From Eledone cirrhosa (lineage: Eukaryota), in the NCBI GenBank assembly GCA_964016885.1, contig OZ024747.1, forward strand, positions 10,850,001 through 10,914,000: 64,000 bases of DNA, read 5' to 3'. This document shows positions 1-13,838 of the stretch, piece after piece (position 1 is the stretch's first letter; each line of letters starts with the position of its first letter). The notes beneath the pieces were generated by a model. The model was not told the DNA's origin. It searched no databases and saw only the letters and a list, made by a program, of their open reading frames with translations. Position numbers and translations under genes: made by a program.

Positions 1-54
1 TAAACTGCTTTTACTAGCGGCCCTACCTACACCCACACACACACACACTGACAA

Positions 55-92
<38 letters not shown>

Positions 93-144
93 AAACACAT
101 ATACACCACATACACACACACACACAGATACACACACATACTGA

Positions 145-179
<35 letters not shown>

Positions 180-330
180 ACACACATATACACCACATAC
201 ACACACACACACACTGACAAACATACACACACACACACACTGACACACATACACACACACAATGCGTAAATATCCAAATACACACACAAGCATATTTCTA
301 TGTATATCGATATTTATCTCTCTTTCTATA

Positions 331-372
<42 letters not shown>

Positions 373-376
373 ATAT

Positions 377-458
<82 letters not shown>

Positions 459-616
459 GTTTTGTACCAAGAAACGGAGGACACTCAGTGAATGCTAAAA
501 TTGTCAAATGTTTATATTTGAAGTTGAGAGATTCAGCCTTACTACATAGAGTCAATCTGAATCAAATACACACACACACACACGCAGACACACACGCACA
601 TATATATATATTCCTT

Positions 617-697
<81 letters not shown>

Positions 698-700
<3 letters not shown>

Positions 701-895
701 CGAAGGAAGTGAGGTAAGGAACCAGGCGGACCATAACGACCAGAGTACTCGATACTTTGGGTAGTAGAGTGGGTAATAGGAAAAGGTTCAGGACCCCGAC
801 GGCAGAGCTCAAGGCATTTCGACGGCTATATCTGGACTGATATAAGCGTCGAAACGGCTTGAGTTCTGCCGTCGGGGTCCTGAACCTTTTCCTAT
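698..895 (-). mobile_element. PLE-like fold-back element, family A (3' half of a hammerhead; hairpin 776-895)
   Basis: Flanked by (TA)n. Arms ataggaaaaggttcaggaccccgacggcagag / gttctgccgtcggggtcctgaaccttttcctat. Contains GAAA-CGGC..GCCG-TC (stem III plus GUC). Related copies at 13540, 14968 and 28245. Confidence 0.7.
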
Positions 896-954
896 ATATA
901 TAGATATATAGATATGTATGTGTGTTTGTGTGTGTGTGTGTGTCTATGTGTGTG

Positions 955-1048
<94 letters not shown>

Positions 1049-1476
1049 TATGTGTGTGTCTATGTGTGTGTATGTGTGTATATGTCTGTATTTATATATG
1101 GTGGCTATAGTGAAAGAAGCTTTATGTTGGAAACGTAGAGAGATTTTGAGGATAATGATTTTCCTCTGCGGCGAATCCCTCATCAACTTGAAGAACCACT
1201 TGAAGTGGAAGGGGTGGGAAGAGAGCGAGATCTTGCTTTCTACTCCATTGTGTGCTCCATGAACGATGGATGAGAAAGGCAAGACGCATGAGTCATAAGG
1301 GGTCGAATCTTTAAGTAAAGGTTTCCGTGTTCTTAGATAAACATAAATAGGGTGACAGTTAAGTTTGAACATGTCACAAAATGAAAGAATGGATCTAGTC
1401 GCAATTCTTATTAATACATAGCTTTATTTATACAAATATATACCTAAAAATATGCGCTTGTACATACATACACATA

Positions 1477-1690
1477 TACGAGGGGGTGCTGAAAAGTTCC
1501 TGGTTTTGCGTAAAAGAAAATACAGGAGGATCAGTTAATTATGATTTTATTCAACATATTCCCTCTCAGATCCACACACCTATTGCAGAGGTCGTTCAGT
1601 TTTTCTCAGACCTGTAAAAATAACTCTGAATGTTGGGCTTCCAACCAGGTCTCTGTAGCAGCGATCAAGCCAGAAACTTTTCAGCATCTC
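1477..1690 (-). mobile_element. Mariner transposon 3' end fragment
   Basis: TA followed by a mariner-type TIR (cgagggggtgctgaaaagttcc). The minus strand reads CNRCVDLRG..YVE-stop, like a mariner transposase C-terminus. Confidence 0.65.
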
Positions 1691-2274
1691 CTACATATTC
1701 CACCGTACCTATTTCATATTTTTCTCTCCTTGCCACAGTTAATATATCCTGAAAGTTTCATATCGTTTTCAATGTTTTGATAACCCAAACTTTTGTGAAA
1801 CCTCGAATAAAGCAGTCAATTTGTTAGTGGAAAATTGAAAAAGAAACATGTGCCCAGTACAAAGAATTTGAAGTGGGTTTGTAAAAATTAAACAGATCCC
1901 TCCTTAGAAGTGTTTAAATTTCCTTGTTTAGGTTAGTTTTCATGGTTCATTTTATATTTTAAGCATTACTGTACTTTAAATAAGTTACATTTCAATAAAC
2001 TACACAGCAGCCATTAAGATTGTATCTAAAGTGATATTCGTGAAATAAAAGAACTTCAATGATTTTTATCTTATTTCAATATTTAAAAAAAAAATGTCTT
2101 TTTAAACTGACACTTTTTTTTCAATCCAGTAAAATACGTAACATGTTAAATATAAAAAATAAAAAAATATTAAATATTAAATAAATCTAAATAAAATGTT
2201 AGAAGGAGGCCAGGAATATTCTGCGAATTCTTATTTGCAGTATTTGGTCTTATATTATTTCACATCAACATTAG

Positions 2275-2485
2275 AATGGCTTCTACTTTAGACACAAGGC
2301 CAGCAATATCGCTGGGAAGGGAAAGTCGATTACAATGATATATACTATATTCTATCAACCCAGGAAAGGATTGATAAAATATAGTCTAAAATACAGACCT
2401 CGGCGGCATTTGAACTCAGAATGTAAAGAGCCGGAAAAAAACAGCACAAAATATTTCGTCCGGCGCTCTACCAATTCTGCTAACC
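2275..2485 (-). mobile_element. Diverged tRNA-derived SINE
   Basis: Shares cacaaggccagcaat, cctcggcggcatttgaactcaga (B box on minus strand) and ctctaccaattctgc with the younger SINE copies. Confidence 0.6.
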
Positions 2486-2528
2486 TTCACCGTTATCGTC
2501 ATTATAATGAAACTATGTTAAACAAAAT

Positions 2529-2732
2529 AACGTGTGGATCGGCTTAAAAGTTCATACATTGATTATGAAGGAGTGATGCTAGGACTGTGAAATCTTGCAT
2601 GCATCAATTTCAACTCTTCTTATTAATTACTGCATTGTTTCTTTCCAGGGACTATGTTGAAAAATAAACCTCATTTGGTAATTCCATGAGAGTATCTTAG
2701 TCATCCTATGAACTGTTCAGCCGCCCCTCGTA
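2529..2732 (+). mobile_element. Mariner-derived MITE
   Basis: Imperfect TIRs cggcttaaaagttcata / tatgaactgttcagccgcccctcgta. Internal ggactatgttgaaaaataa reads DYVEK-stop. Confidence 0.6.
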
Positions 2733-3072
2733 TGTCATAGTTGTTGTTTAGAAAAGGTCTTCTGGGTTTTAAAAAGCCCTAGAAACGCTGTATATGAATA
2801 CGACATCCCTACGACCTTCCCAAGAGTTACCTCCCCATGCAGATACCGTTGTTTAGTCCAGATCCAACAGATCTATTATGAAAGCCGCCCTAACCATGAC
2901 TCTCCAATATTTTTTCCAGACAATATATTTCAAGATTATTCTATAATTCTTCTGTGCTGTACAAGACGTCACTTCGTCAACGTCTGCCATGTTCTTTTGG
3001 GTTTCATTGGACCAATTTTGGACAGTATGCTAGATAAGAAGAGGATGATTGACCCCCCGCCATATATATATA

Positions 3073-3181
3073 TATTCTGAGGACTTGATCAGAGGTAAAC
3101 ACTGTATTTAAGGTCGAGTGACGCAACTTCGAGTGATTTACGGCCTTTAGACTCACCTGATCAATGAAACAATTGTTAATA
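3073..3181 (+). ncRNA. Type I hammerhead ribozyme with ~82-nt extended stem II (family B)
   Basis: TATT-CTGAGGA-C-TTGATCAG...CTGATCAA-T-GAA-ACAATTGT(palindrome)-T^AATA. Followed by AATAAA. Second copy at 57415. Confidence 0.75.
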
Positions 3182-3246
3182 CTTGAAATAAAGCCCCTTG
3201 TTGTACAGCCGACCATGTTACTCTTCATTCTTTCACTATTATTAAT

Positions 3247-3430
3247 TGGCAGTAGCGGTAGAGGATCGGACGCCGTGCTTTGACGCATAGAGTTACGGCC
3301 CTTGCCATTCTGAGTTCAAATCCCGCCAAGGTTAACTTTGCCTTTCATCCTTACGGGGTCGATAACATAAAGTACCAGTAATGTACTGGGTAATTGCTGG
3401 CCTTGTGCCAATAGTAGAAACAACTATTAT
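3247..3430 (+). mobile_element. Full-length tRNA-derived SINE (main family of this window)
   Basis: A-box-like tggcagtagcggtag, B box gagttcaaatccc, central gcctttcatccttacggggtcgataa. TSD actattatta on both sides. Confidence 0.85.
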
Positions 3431-3585
3431 TACTCCAAGTATAACCTGCATAGGAATTCTCGCCAACTCGCCACCTAACTATGGAAACATCTTGTTGAGT
3501 CAAACAAAGCCGCACGTTAAAACTATCCACGATACAGAGTACTCACAACCTCTAACTGGATTACCTATAACGATAACTTGTTATC

Positions 3586-3650
<65 letters not shown>

Positions 3651-3841
3651 AGAGTATTGAAGTTTGCTTGAAGCATTGTGGAATAATAAGTAAGTACTCT
3701 TCCCTTCATTCTTCTACACATCTTACACATCTTATACACACCACGCATCTCAACGTACACCCACTTACATCTCTCTCTCCACCACCGGATCTTGTTACCC
3801 GGAGATTTACCCATTTGCATTGTCGAGGCTTCCAAACGACT

Positions 3842-3902
<61 letters not shown>

Positions 3903-4007
3903 ATTTACATATACACAAACTAGACAAAGTCATATAGATATATGTGTTTTTGGCAACCATTCACGATGTGGCTCAGTGATGAATTAATAAATTAAATAAT
4001 CAGAGCA

Positions 4008-4095
4008 ATATACTATAAATTATGTCCATAGAATCATGTGGGAGAGGAAATGGTGTATATATCTTATCAAATGATTCTATGGACATAATTTATAG

Positions 4096-4100
<5 letters not shown>
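4008..4100. repeat. Perfect 30-bp inverted repeat with 33-bp spacer, at the end of a (TA)n-flanked island
   Basis: atatactataaattatgtccatagaatcat (4008-4037) / atgattctatggacataatttatagtatat (4071-4100). Confidence 0.9.
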
Positions 4101-4150
<50 letters not shown>

Positions 4151-4291
4151 TATATATGTGTGTGTGTATATAGAAGTGGTAACACAACAGTTAGTTCACC
4201 ATACCGAGAACAGTTGTTTCTTCACCTTATATATATATATATATATATAGTTTAGGAATTGGATACGAAAAACATTCTGTCATTAAGCAGG

Positions 4292-4384
4292 CAGACGTCT
4301 GATGAGCTTTTGATTCCAGAGTCGGGCCCGATCGTTAGAGATCGAAACTTGAGCGGATCAATCGCGAAACGCTAGTTACACCTG
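4292..4384 (+). ncRNA. Type I hammerhead ribozyme with 60-nt stem II (family D)
   Basis: CAGACGT-CTGATGA-GC...GC-GAAAC-GCTA-GT-T^ACACCTG. Stem I pairs 5 of 7 bp. AATAAA follows immediately, then (TA)n. Confidence 0.7.
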
Positions 4385-4427
4385 AATAAACTTAATGAAA
4401 ATTTGACACCTCGTCCATACTTATTAC

Positions 4428-4466
<39 letters not shown>

Positions 4467-4574
4467 TGAGAGAGAGGGTGAGAGATGTATATGTATACAC
4501 ACACACATACACACACACATACACGCACATACACACACAGATATATATATATATATACACGACTATAAACCACA

Positions 4575-4653
<79 letters not shown>

Positions 4654-4742
4654 GCCTAATTGTGAAAGATAAGAGGAAACAAAGAATAATGAAAAGATAC
4701 CGTTTTTCATTAGTTGCGCGTGTGTGTGTGTGTCAGCCATTG

Positions 4743-4788
<46 letters not shown>

Positions 4789-4976
4789 ATGTCTCTGCCT
4801 TTGCTATATATGTATGTGTGAGTATATGTCTGTCTCTGCCCATTCTATATCTGTATGTGTGTACGTGTGTACCAGCACCTTGCTATATATATGTATATGT
4901 ATATATTATGTAATGGGTCAGCAGACTGTTTATATGATACTACACATGCTATATATTATATTAGAATAAGGATGAG

Positions 4977-5620
<644 letters not shown>

Positions 5621-5884
5621 ATCGACAACTAAATTGCTCGCCAAATCGACTAAGATCACCTAGAGATACAGTCTCTGATAGTCTCAACGATAAACATCTC
5701 TCTACCAAAATAACAAATGTCAAAATACCGAATATCAAAATAAAAATATATTTTAAAAAAAGCTCAAATTCCGGAGGCAATGTTACAGGTAAATTGGTGA
5801 TATTATCTAGCGAAAGCTCCACCTTATATATATATATATATATATATATAACGTTTGTCTATGTGTATGTGTGTGCCTCCCCCC

Positions 5885-5916
<32 letters not shown>

Positions 5917-6133
5917 GTATATATATGTATATATATGTATATATATATATTTGCATATATATATAACGTTTGTCTCTCTCTTTCTCTATCTATCTATCTA
6001 TCTATCTATATATATATATATATATATGTATATTCCTAACGATCGACTTTCGTCAAATCGGACCGAGGAAACAGTGTTTCCATTGGTCTTTCCAATTGCT
6101 AATACTATCTATCGGTCGCAACTCCAGGTAGAA

Positions 6134-6253
6134 GGAGCAACGTGAAATAAAGTGTCTTGCTCAAGGACATAACGCATCACCCGGTCCAGGAATCGAACTC
6201 ACAACGTCACGATTGTGAATCCAATTCTCTAACCACTCAGCCACACGCCTTCA
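6134..6253 (-). mobile_element. CORE-type tRNA SINE fragment
   Basis: Minus strand: tggctgagtggttag (A box), gagttcgattcc (B box), gtccttgagcaagacactt (CORE-like domain). Confidence 0.7.
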
Positions 6254-6292
6254 TATATATAACGTTTGTCTATGTGTATGTGTGTGTCTCCC

Positions 6293-6362
<70 letters not shown>

Positions 6363-6430
6363 ATATATGTATATATATGTATATATATATATTTGTATAT
6401 ATATATAACGTTTGTCTCTCTCTTTCTCTC

Positions 6431-6503
<73 letters not shown>

Positions 6504-6528
6504 GTCTATATATATATATATATATGTC

Positions 6529-6575
<47 letters not shown>

Positions 6576-7681
6576 ATACATATAAATATATACATACACA
6601 CTTATATGTATATATATATATATATATGCATATACATACACACACATAAATGTAGAACTGTAAACTGACATGGCATACTGAACACAAACATAATGTAAGC
6701 GTACATACGTACACATACATACACATACATACATATACATACACATACACATACATACATATACACACATATACATACATACGCATACATACACATACAT
6801 ACACATACATATACATACATATACATACATATACATACACATACACATACATATACATACATATACATACACATACATACACACACATACACATACATAC
6901 ACATACATATACATATACATATACATACATATACTACATACACATATATACACATACCTACACATACATATACATACACATACATATACATACATATACA
7001 TACACATACATATACTACATACACATACATACACATACATACACATACATATACATACATATATATACAGATGCATACACATATATATACATACATACAC
7101 ATACATACACATACATACACATACATACACATACATATACATACATATACATACATATACATACACATACATATGACACACAGCTATATACATACAGCTA
7201 TATACATACATATGACACATAGCCATATACATACATACACATACACACACATACATATACATACATACAGATACATACACACACATACATACACATACAC
7301 ACACATATGACACGCAGCCATATACACACACACATACATATGACACACAGCCATATACATACATACGCATACACATACATACATATACATATGACACACA
7401 TACACATACATACACATACATATGACATACATACAAATAGCCATATACACATACATACACATACATAGACAAATATACAAAAAAAAACAGTTATCTTTTT
7501 TTTCTCTTTCCTTAATTGGAAACCAATTAACAAAAGAAAATATTCAATTTGCCGAATGATAATGAAATCGCTTGATAATCATTAAGTCCCAGGTTCGATT
7601 CTAATAGATGGCACCTTGAGTAAGAGTCCTTTACCGTGGTTTGTGGTTTTGTGTCGTCCCATGCCCTGTTAGAGGTATTAA

Positions 7682-7889
7682 CCCTTTAGCATTCATATTA
7701 CTCTATATATACTATTGTATTTTTGTGGTAAAAGCTTTATCTTACATAATATCGAATCTATGAGATTTTTATATTATTTATTTTGAGAACAATACCTTAA
7801 CACCAGTATGAGCAGCCAGTTATGGCCAGTTTGAACAGAAAGAGGTGAAAGAATTCTGGCCGGATATGGCCGGTTTAAACGTTAAAGGG
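7682..7889. mobile_element. piggyBac-type MITE
   Basis: TTAA-CCCTTTAGCATT ... AACGTTAAAGGG-TTAA, giving a TTAA TSD and CCC/GGG termini. Confidence 0.75.
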
Positions 7890-8080
7890 TTAAGCGAGCG
7901 GTAACTGTTTTGACACTTATATAATGGACTGTACCAGTAATATAAATGTCACATTGAATCTCCCTGAGCATCGTGTGTGATGTTATAGTCCCGTGATTTC
8001 TGAGGGTGTCATAAGGGCACTGTAATGACATACAGAGTTTCTTGGGGAATTTCTTCCAGATAATATAACAAGGCAGAAAA

Positions 8081-8260
8081 TAATTGTTTCTACTTTTGGC
8101 ACAAGGCCAGCAATTACCCAGTACATAACTGGTATTTTATTTTATCGACCCCGTAAGGATGAAAGGCAAAGTTAACCTCGGCGGAATTTGAAGTCAGACC
8201 ATAAAGGGCCATAATTATTTGCTGCAAAGCATGGCGTCTGACCCTCTACCGATACTGCCA
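8081..8260 (-). mobile_element. tRNA-derived SINE (main family)
   Basis: Reverse complement of the 3247 copy. TSD cagaaaataat. Confidence 0.85.
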
Positions 8261-8558
8261 GAAAATAATGAGAAAATAAAGTTATTAACTGCATTAAGGG
8301 TACATATTTCTGTGGAATGCTCAGCCACTTGCACGTTAATTTTACGAGAAAATTGTTCCCTTGATCGTATCAATTAGAACACTCTTCGTCGACACTGACG
8401 GATTGCGCTACACATTTGTATGTACAGATATGTGCATTTCTCTCTCTCTCTGTGAGTGTGTGTGGATGTGTATATATGTGTATATATGTGTATATATGTG
8501 TATATATGTGTATATATGTGTGCGACTGTGGATCTATGTATCGATGAGAGTAGCACGA

Positions 8559-8621
<63 letters not shown>

Positions 8622-9488
8622 TGTGTGTGTGTGTGTAGGGTCGGGGTGTGTATACGTGCGTGAGATTTATCTCTGAAAGCCGTTAGAAACGCTGAGATTG
8701 TATATTAAAATTTTATGTTTAGAAACAAGTGACATTAGAAGCTCTGGAAAATGTTAGAAAATGGAACTAAACAACAACAACGACAACAACAACGACAACA
8801 GCAACAACGAAAGGCGAACAAACCAAGAAAGAGGAAAAGAAATAAAAACAAGAAGGCAAGTAATTTAATAGAAAGTCAACGAAGGATAAATCACAAGATG
8901 GCGGAATTATTTCAGTGAAATCTGAAAGCTAGACATTTAAAGTTGTTATTCCGCTTCCATCGTAGCAAATAATTCAATCTTATGGACAAGTGGAAACTGT
9001 ACAAAGAGCAGCTTATTACTGCATAGTTAATCACAAGTTCGCCTTGTAAAATATATATTATTTTATTTTGATTGGCTGTCATATGAAAGAAACAGACGAC
9101 AGCAGTATTCGTCCGCCATATTGAGGCAGTTAAATGTCGCCTGGACACGAGAAACTAACGAAACAACCAGGAATTATCGGACTATTTATCTTACTCTAAT
9201 TGACCCATTATTTCTGTTTTCCAATATAAACGTTGCCGATTTCTTTGCTTCTCTTTTTTGTATTTATATATACGGATAGAATTATTTTTTTCCTCTCTCA
9301 ATATTTTCAAGATATTTAGAGAGAAAACTTACAGAAGAATACAGAAATCCTATCATCAACTTGTCTTTACAAACCGCAGGAGTTATACACGTTGGGAAAG
9401 AAGAGCCAGTTATTACTTCTCAATATATATATTATATATATATTATATATATTATATATATTATACATATATATGATATATATATCAC

Positions 9489-9544
<56 letters not shown>

Positions 9545-9562
9545 TATATATATATATATATA

Positions 9563-9632
<70 letters not shown>

Positions 9633-9716
9633 TATATATGTTGTGTGTGTGTGCGTGTGTGTGCATCCCTACATACACACACATATCTACCTATCTATCT
9701 ATATATATGAATATAC

Positions 9717-9914
<198 letters not shown>

Positions 9915-10344
9915 TATGTACACACGTGTGTGTGTGTGTGTGTGAGTGTATATAATCTGCTGGATGTAGAAGATAACTATAGTGTAGGATATATCCTGCT
10001 GTAATTTGCTCTCTTATATTTCTGTTGTAATGTGATGTGAAATATTCCAGAAAGAAAGTTTATGGAAGCGATTTAACAAATAGACAGAATATGGATTGAT
10101 GTAGAGCGAAGGAGGGGGGGGGGGTAAAGTGGGAGTAGACAGATGCTGTGTATAACAATGGTATCGTGGTAGAGTCATATAAATCATTGAAACACATGTA
10201 CGCTCTTATATTTATTACACTTTCTTCTATTTTATTATTATTTCGTATTTATCATGGCGTGTCGGAGTGTCAGAAACGGTGGAGTGATTGATAAGGTATC
10301 TTATAGTATTCAGTTGTTGTTGCTGCTGCTGCTGCTGCTGTTGC

Positions 10345-10383
<39 letters not shown>

Positions 10384-10480
10384 GCCCTAGGTGGGTCGTG
10401 ATAGAGCAGCTTTATGATCAAAGGTTTTCCTGCTGTGAGCCTAACATGTTTATTTTCAGACATAGGGCATCATGGCGAAA

Positions 10481-10605
10481 TAATTGTTTCTACTTTTGGC
10501 ACAAGGCCAGCAATTATCCCAGTGTATTACTGGTACTTTATTCTATCGACCCCGTAAGGATGAAAGGCAAAGTTAACCTCGACGGGATTTGAACCCAGAC
10601 CATAA
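10481..10605 (-). mobile_element. tRNA-derived SINE, 5'-truncated
   Basis: Matches the main family. TSD atcatggcgaaat. Confidence 0.8.
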
Positions 10606-10611
10606 AAGGAG

Positions 10612-10828
10612 GTATCATGGCGAAATGATACGACCGCGAATACAAGCAGCCGAAATGGGGTTCCCCCGAAGAGTCTTTGGAGTAACGTTACTCGAGTCCA
10701 TAACTCGGAGATCTTTCAGACCAGAGGGTCACTCCAGGTAGAGCCGCTACTTCTCTGAATTGAGAGATCACAGCTCCGATACTATGGACATGTAGTTAGA
10801 ATGTCTCAGGAAAGAATCGCTGGACAGT
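10612..10828 (+). mobile_element. RTE-clade LINE reverse transcriptase C-terminal fragment (degenerate)
   Basis: Frameshifted RIQAAEMGFPRRVFGVTLL...QVEPLLL-IERSQLRYYGHVVRMSQERIA, typical of the RTE post-RT region. Confidence 0.7.
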
Positions 10829-10832
10829 AAAA

Positions 10833-10964
10833 CCTGTTGATTTCTTTTGAATGAAACAGTTCAAGTTCTGTAGGAGCCATTTCTATATTAAATTTTGTAT
10901 TTACTCTACTAATGTATTGAGTACCTTTCTTACTTTGGCTACACCCGATTGAACCCGGGACTTA
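10833..10964 (+). mobile_element. PLE-like 3' end, family E, with mutated hammerhead core (CTGTTGA)
   Basis: Homologous to the 13839 ribozyme. Its tail is the reverse complement of 13775-13830. Confidence 0.6.
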
Positions 10965-10977
10965 CACACACACACGT

Positions 10978-11013
<36 letters not shown>

Positions 11014-11051
11014 GTGTTGTGTGTGTGTGTGTTGTGTGTGTGTGTGTGTGT

Positions 11052-11097
<46 letters not shown>

Positions 11098-11100
11098 TGT

Positions 11101-11132
<32 letters not shown>

Positions 11133-11134
11133 GA

Positions 11135-11175
<41 letters not shown>

Positions 11176-11176
11176 A

Positions 11177-11235
<59 letters not shown>

Positions 11236-11264
11236 AGTGTGTGTGTGTGTGTGTGTGTGTGTGA

Positions 11265-11374
<110 letters not shown>

Positions 11375-11489
11375 GGAAGTAGAAAGACCCAACTAAATAC
11401 CAGGAAGTCAGAACATGTTTGATAAGGTTTTGTTTTGTTGGTTTCTGTCTGAAAAGTCTGTCTGCTATAATAAGGTTGGCTGGGTATCT

Positions 11490-12949
11490 AGGGTGGTGGT
11501 GGTGTGGTGGTGTGGTTGGTGGGGTGGTGGGGTGGTGGGGTGGTGGGGTGGTGGGGTGGTGGTGGTGGTGGTGGTGGTGTGTGGTGGTGGTGATAGGGTG
11601 GGGGGGGGGGGGGTAGTGCTATGATGGTGTGATGGTGGTGGTGGTGTGGTGGTGGTGTGATGTGGGGGTGTGATGGTGGTGTGGGGGTATGGAGGGGGTG
11701 TAGTGGAGGGGTGGTGTGGTGGTGTGGTGGTGGTGTATCAGGAACGGTTGTGTGGGAGGAGGGTGGTGTAGGGTGATGGGTATCAGGGTGGCGGTGATGG
11801 TGGCGGTGGTGGTTGCACTGGTGGTGGCGGTGATGGTTGTGATGGTGGTTGTGGTGGTGGCGGCGGCGGTGGCTGTGGTTGTGGTGGTGGCGGCGGTGGT
11901 TTCCGTGGTGGTGGCGGAGGTGGTGGTTGTAGTGGTGGCGGCGGTGGTTGTAGTGGTGGTGGTGGCGGCGGTTGTGGTGGCGACGGGGTTGTGGTGGAGG
12001 TGGTGGTGGTGGTGGCGGCGGTGGTGGCGGTGGTGGTGGTGGTGGTGGTGGCGGTGGTGGTGGAGGTGGTGGCAGCAGTGATAGTATTAACGCTAAAGAG
12101 AAGATGACAGTTAGACTAAATAGGTGTGTGGGGCGATGTGTGGACAGGGATATGTCACAGTAATGGAAAAAATCATGTCACCAATCGCCACCTCACCACC
12201 ACCCCTACCACCACCATCATCTTCATCATTATCAACACCATCACCACCGCCATCATCATCATCACCACCACCGCCATCATCATCATCTACATCATCACGA
12301 CCAACATTCTCCCCCTTCCTTCTGCTCCTCCCCCTCTTCCCCCCTGATCATCACCATCATCATCATCGTCATCATCATCACCACCGCCACCACCATCATC
12401 ATCACCACCACCACCACCACCATCATCACCATCATCACCATCATCGTCATCACCACCATCATCACCATCATCACCAACGTCATCATCACCATCATCACCA
12501 ACGTCATCATCACCATCATCACCATCATCACCATCATCACCATCATCATCACCATCTTCATCACCATCATCACCAACGTCATCATCATCACCATCATCAT
12601 CACCACCACCACCATCACCACCATCATCACCATCACTATCATCACCATCACTATCATCATCATCATCATCAACACCCATTCCGGATATAATCAGCAGCGA
12701 CGCAATCACATACACGGTTATCTGATGGTGGTGGTGGTGGTGGTGGTGGTGGGGCGGGTGTGGTGGGTTGAATGCGTCAATCATCTGAAGAGGGGGCGGA
12801 GTAAAAAGGTGAGGGGGGGGGGCAGATGGGGGCGGGTTGTTATCTCTGTTAAAATAGAATGAACTGTATTGATGATGGCGAGGATAGCGGGGGTGTTGTT
12901 GTTGGTGGTGGTGGCGGCGGCGGCGGGGGGGTTGTTGTTGTTGTTGCTG

Positions 12950-12981
<32 letters not shown>

Positions 12982-13430
12982 GGTCGCGGGGGTGTTGTTG
13001 TTGTTGGTGGTGGCGGCGGCGGCGGGGGGTTGTTGTTGGTGGTGGTGGCGGTCGCGGGGGTGTTGTTGTTGTTGATGGTGGCGGCGAGGGTGTTGTTGGT
13101 GGGGGGGGGGGGGTAGTTGTTGCTGGTAGTAGAGGCGGGGTTGTTGTTGTTGTTGTTGGTGGTGGCGGGGTGGGCGATGTTGTTGTTGGTGTTGGCGGCG
13201 GGGTTGTTGTTGTTGTTGTTGGTGGTGGCGGGGTGGGCGATGTTGTTGTTGGTGTTGGCGGCGGGGGTGTTGTTGTTGTTGGTGGTGGCGGCGGGGGTGT
13301 TATTGTTGTTGGTGGTGGCGGGGGTGTTGTTGTTGTTGGTGGCGGCGGGGGAGTTGTTGTTGTTGGTGGTGGCGGCGGCGGGGGAGTTGTTGTTGTTGTT
13401 GGTGGTGTGTGTGTGTGTGGGGGGGGGGGG
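11490..13430. repeat. (GGT)n/(CAT,CAC)n/(TTG,GGC)n low-complexity block
   Basis: Directly visible trinucleotide runs. Confidence 0.9.
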
Positions 13431-13508
13431 CTTCATTACTGATGGAATGTGTCAGTAGTAGGATGAAATCATGCGTAATCACTGACTTTGTGCGCGTGTG
13501 TATATACG

Positions 13509-13539
<31 letters not shown>

Positions 13540-13543
<4 letters not shown>

Positions 13544-13727
13544 GGAAAATGTATGACCCCGACGGCAGAGCTCAAGCCGTTTCGACGGCTATTTCTGGAA
13601 TAGCCGTCGAAACGGCTTGAGCTCTGCCGTCGGGTTCATACATTTTCCTATTAACCACTCTACTACCCTAAGTATTGAGTACTCTGGTGTGTTATGGTCC
13701 ATCTGGTTCCTTACCGCAACTCCTTCG

Positions 13728-13730
<3 letters not shown>
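13540..13730 (+). mobile_element. PLE-like fold-back element, family A (hairpin 13540-13652)
   Basis: Near-perfect hairpin centred on gacggcta-tttctggaa-tagccgtc. The long arm continues to ccttcgtta-(TA)n. Confidence 0.75.
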
Positions 13731-13778
<48 letters not shown>

Positions 13779-13838
13779 TTAATCCCGGGTTCAATCGGGG
13801 GTAACCATGGCAAGTAAGGTACTCAATACAAGACAGCT

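Noticed and set aside
3247-3330. tRNA gene
   Set aside because: A and B boxes are present but there is no cloverleaf. It is the head of a multi-copy SINE.
12785-12810. CTGAAGA core-like heptamer (also CTGAGGA at ~58946, CTGATGA at ~59006, CTGAAGA at ~62170)
   Set aside because: No stem II-GAAA-stem III-NUH arrangement follows.
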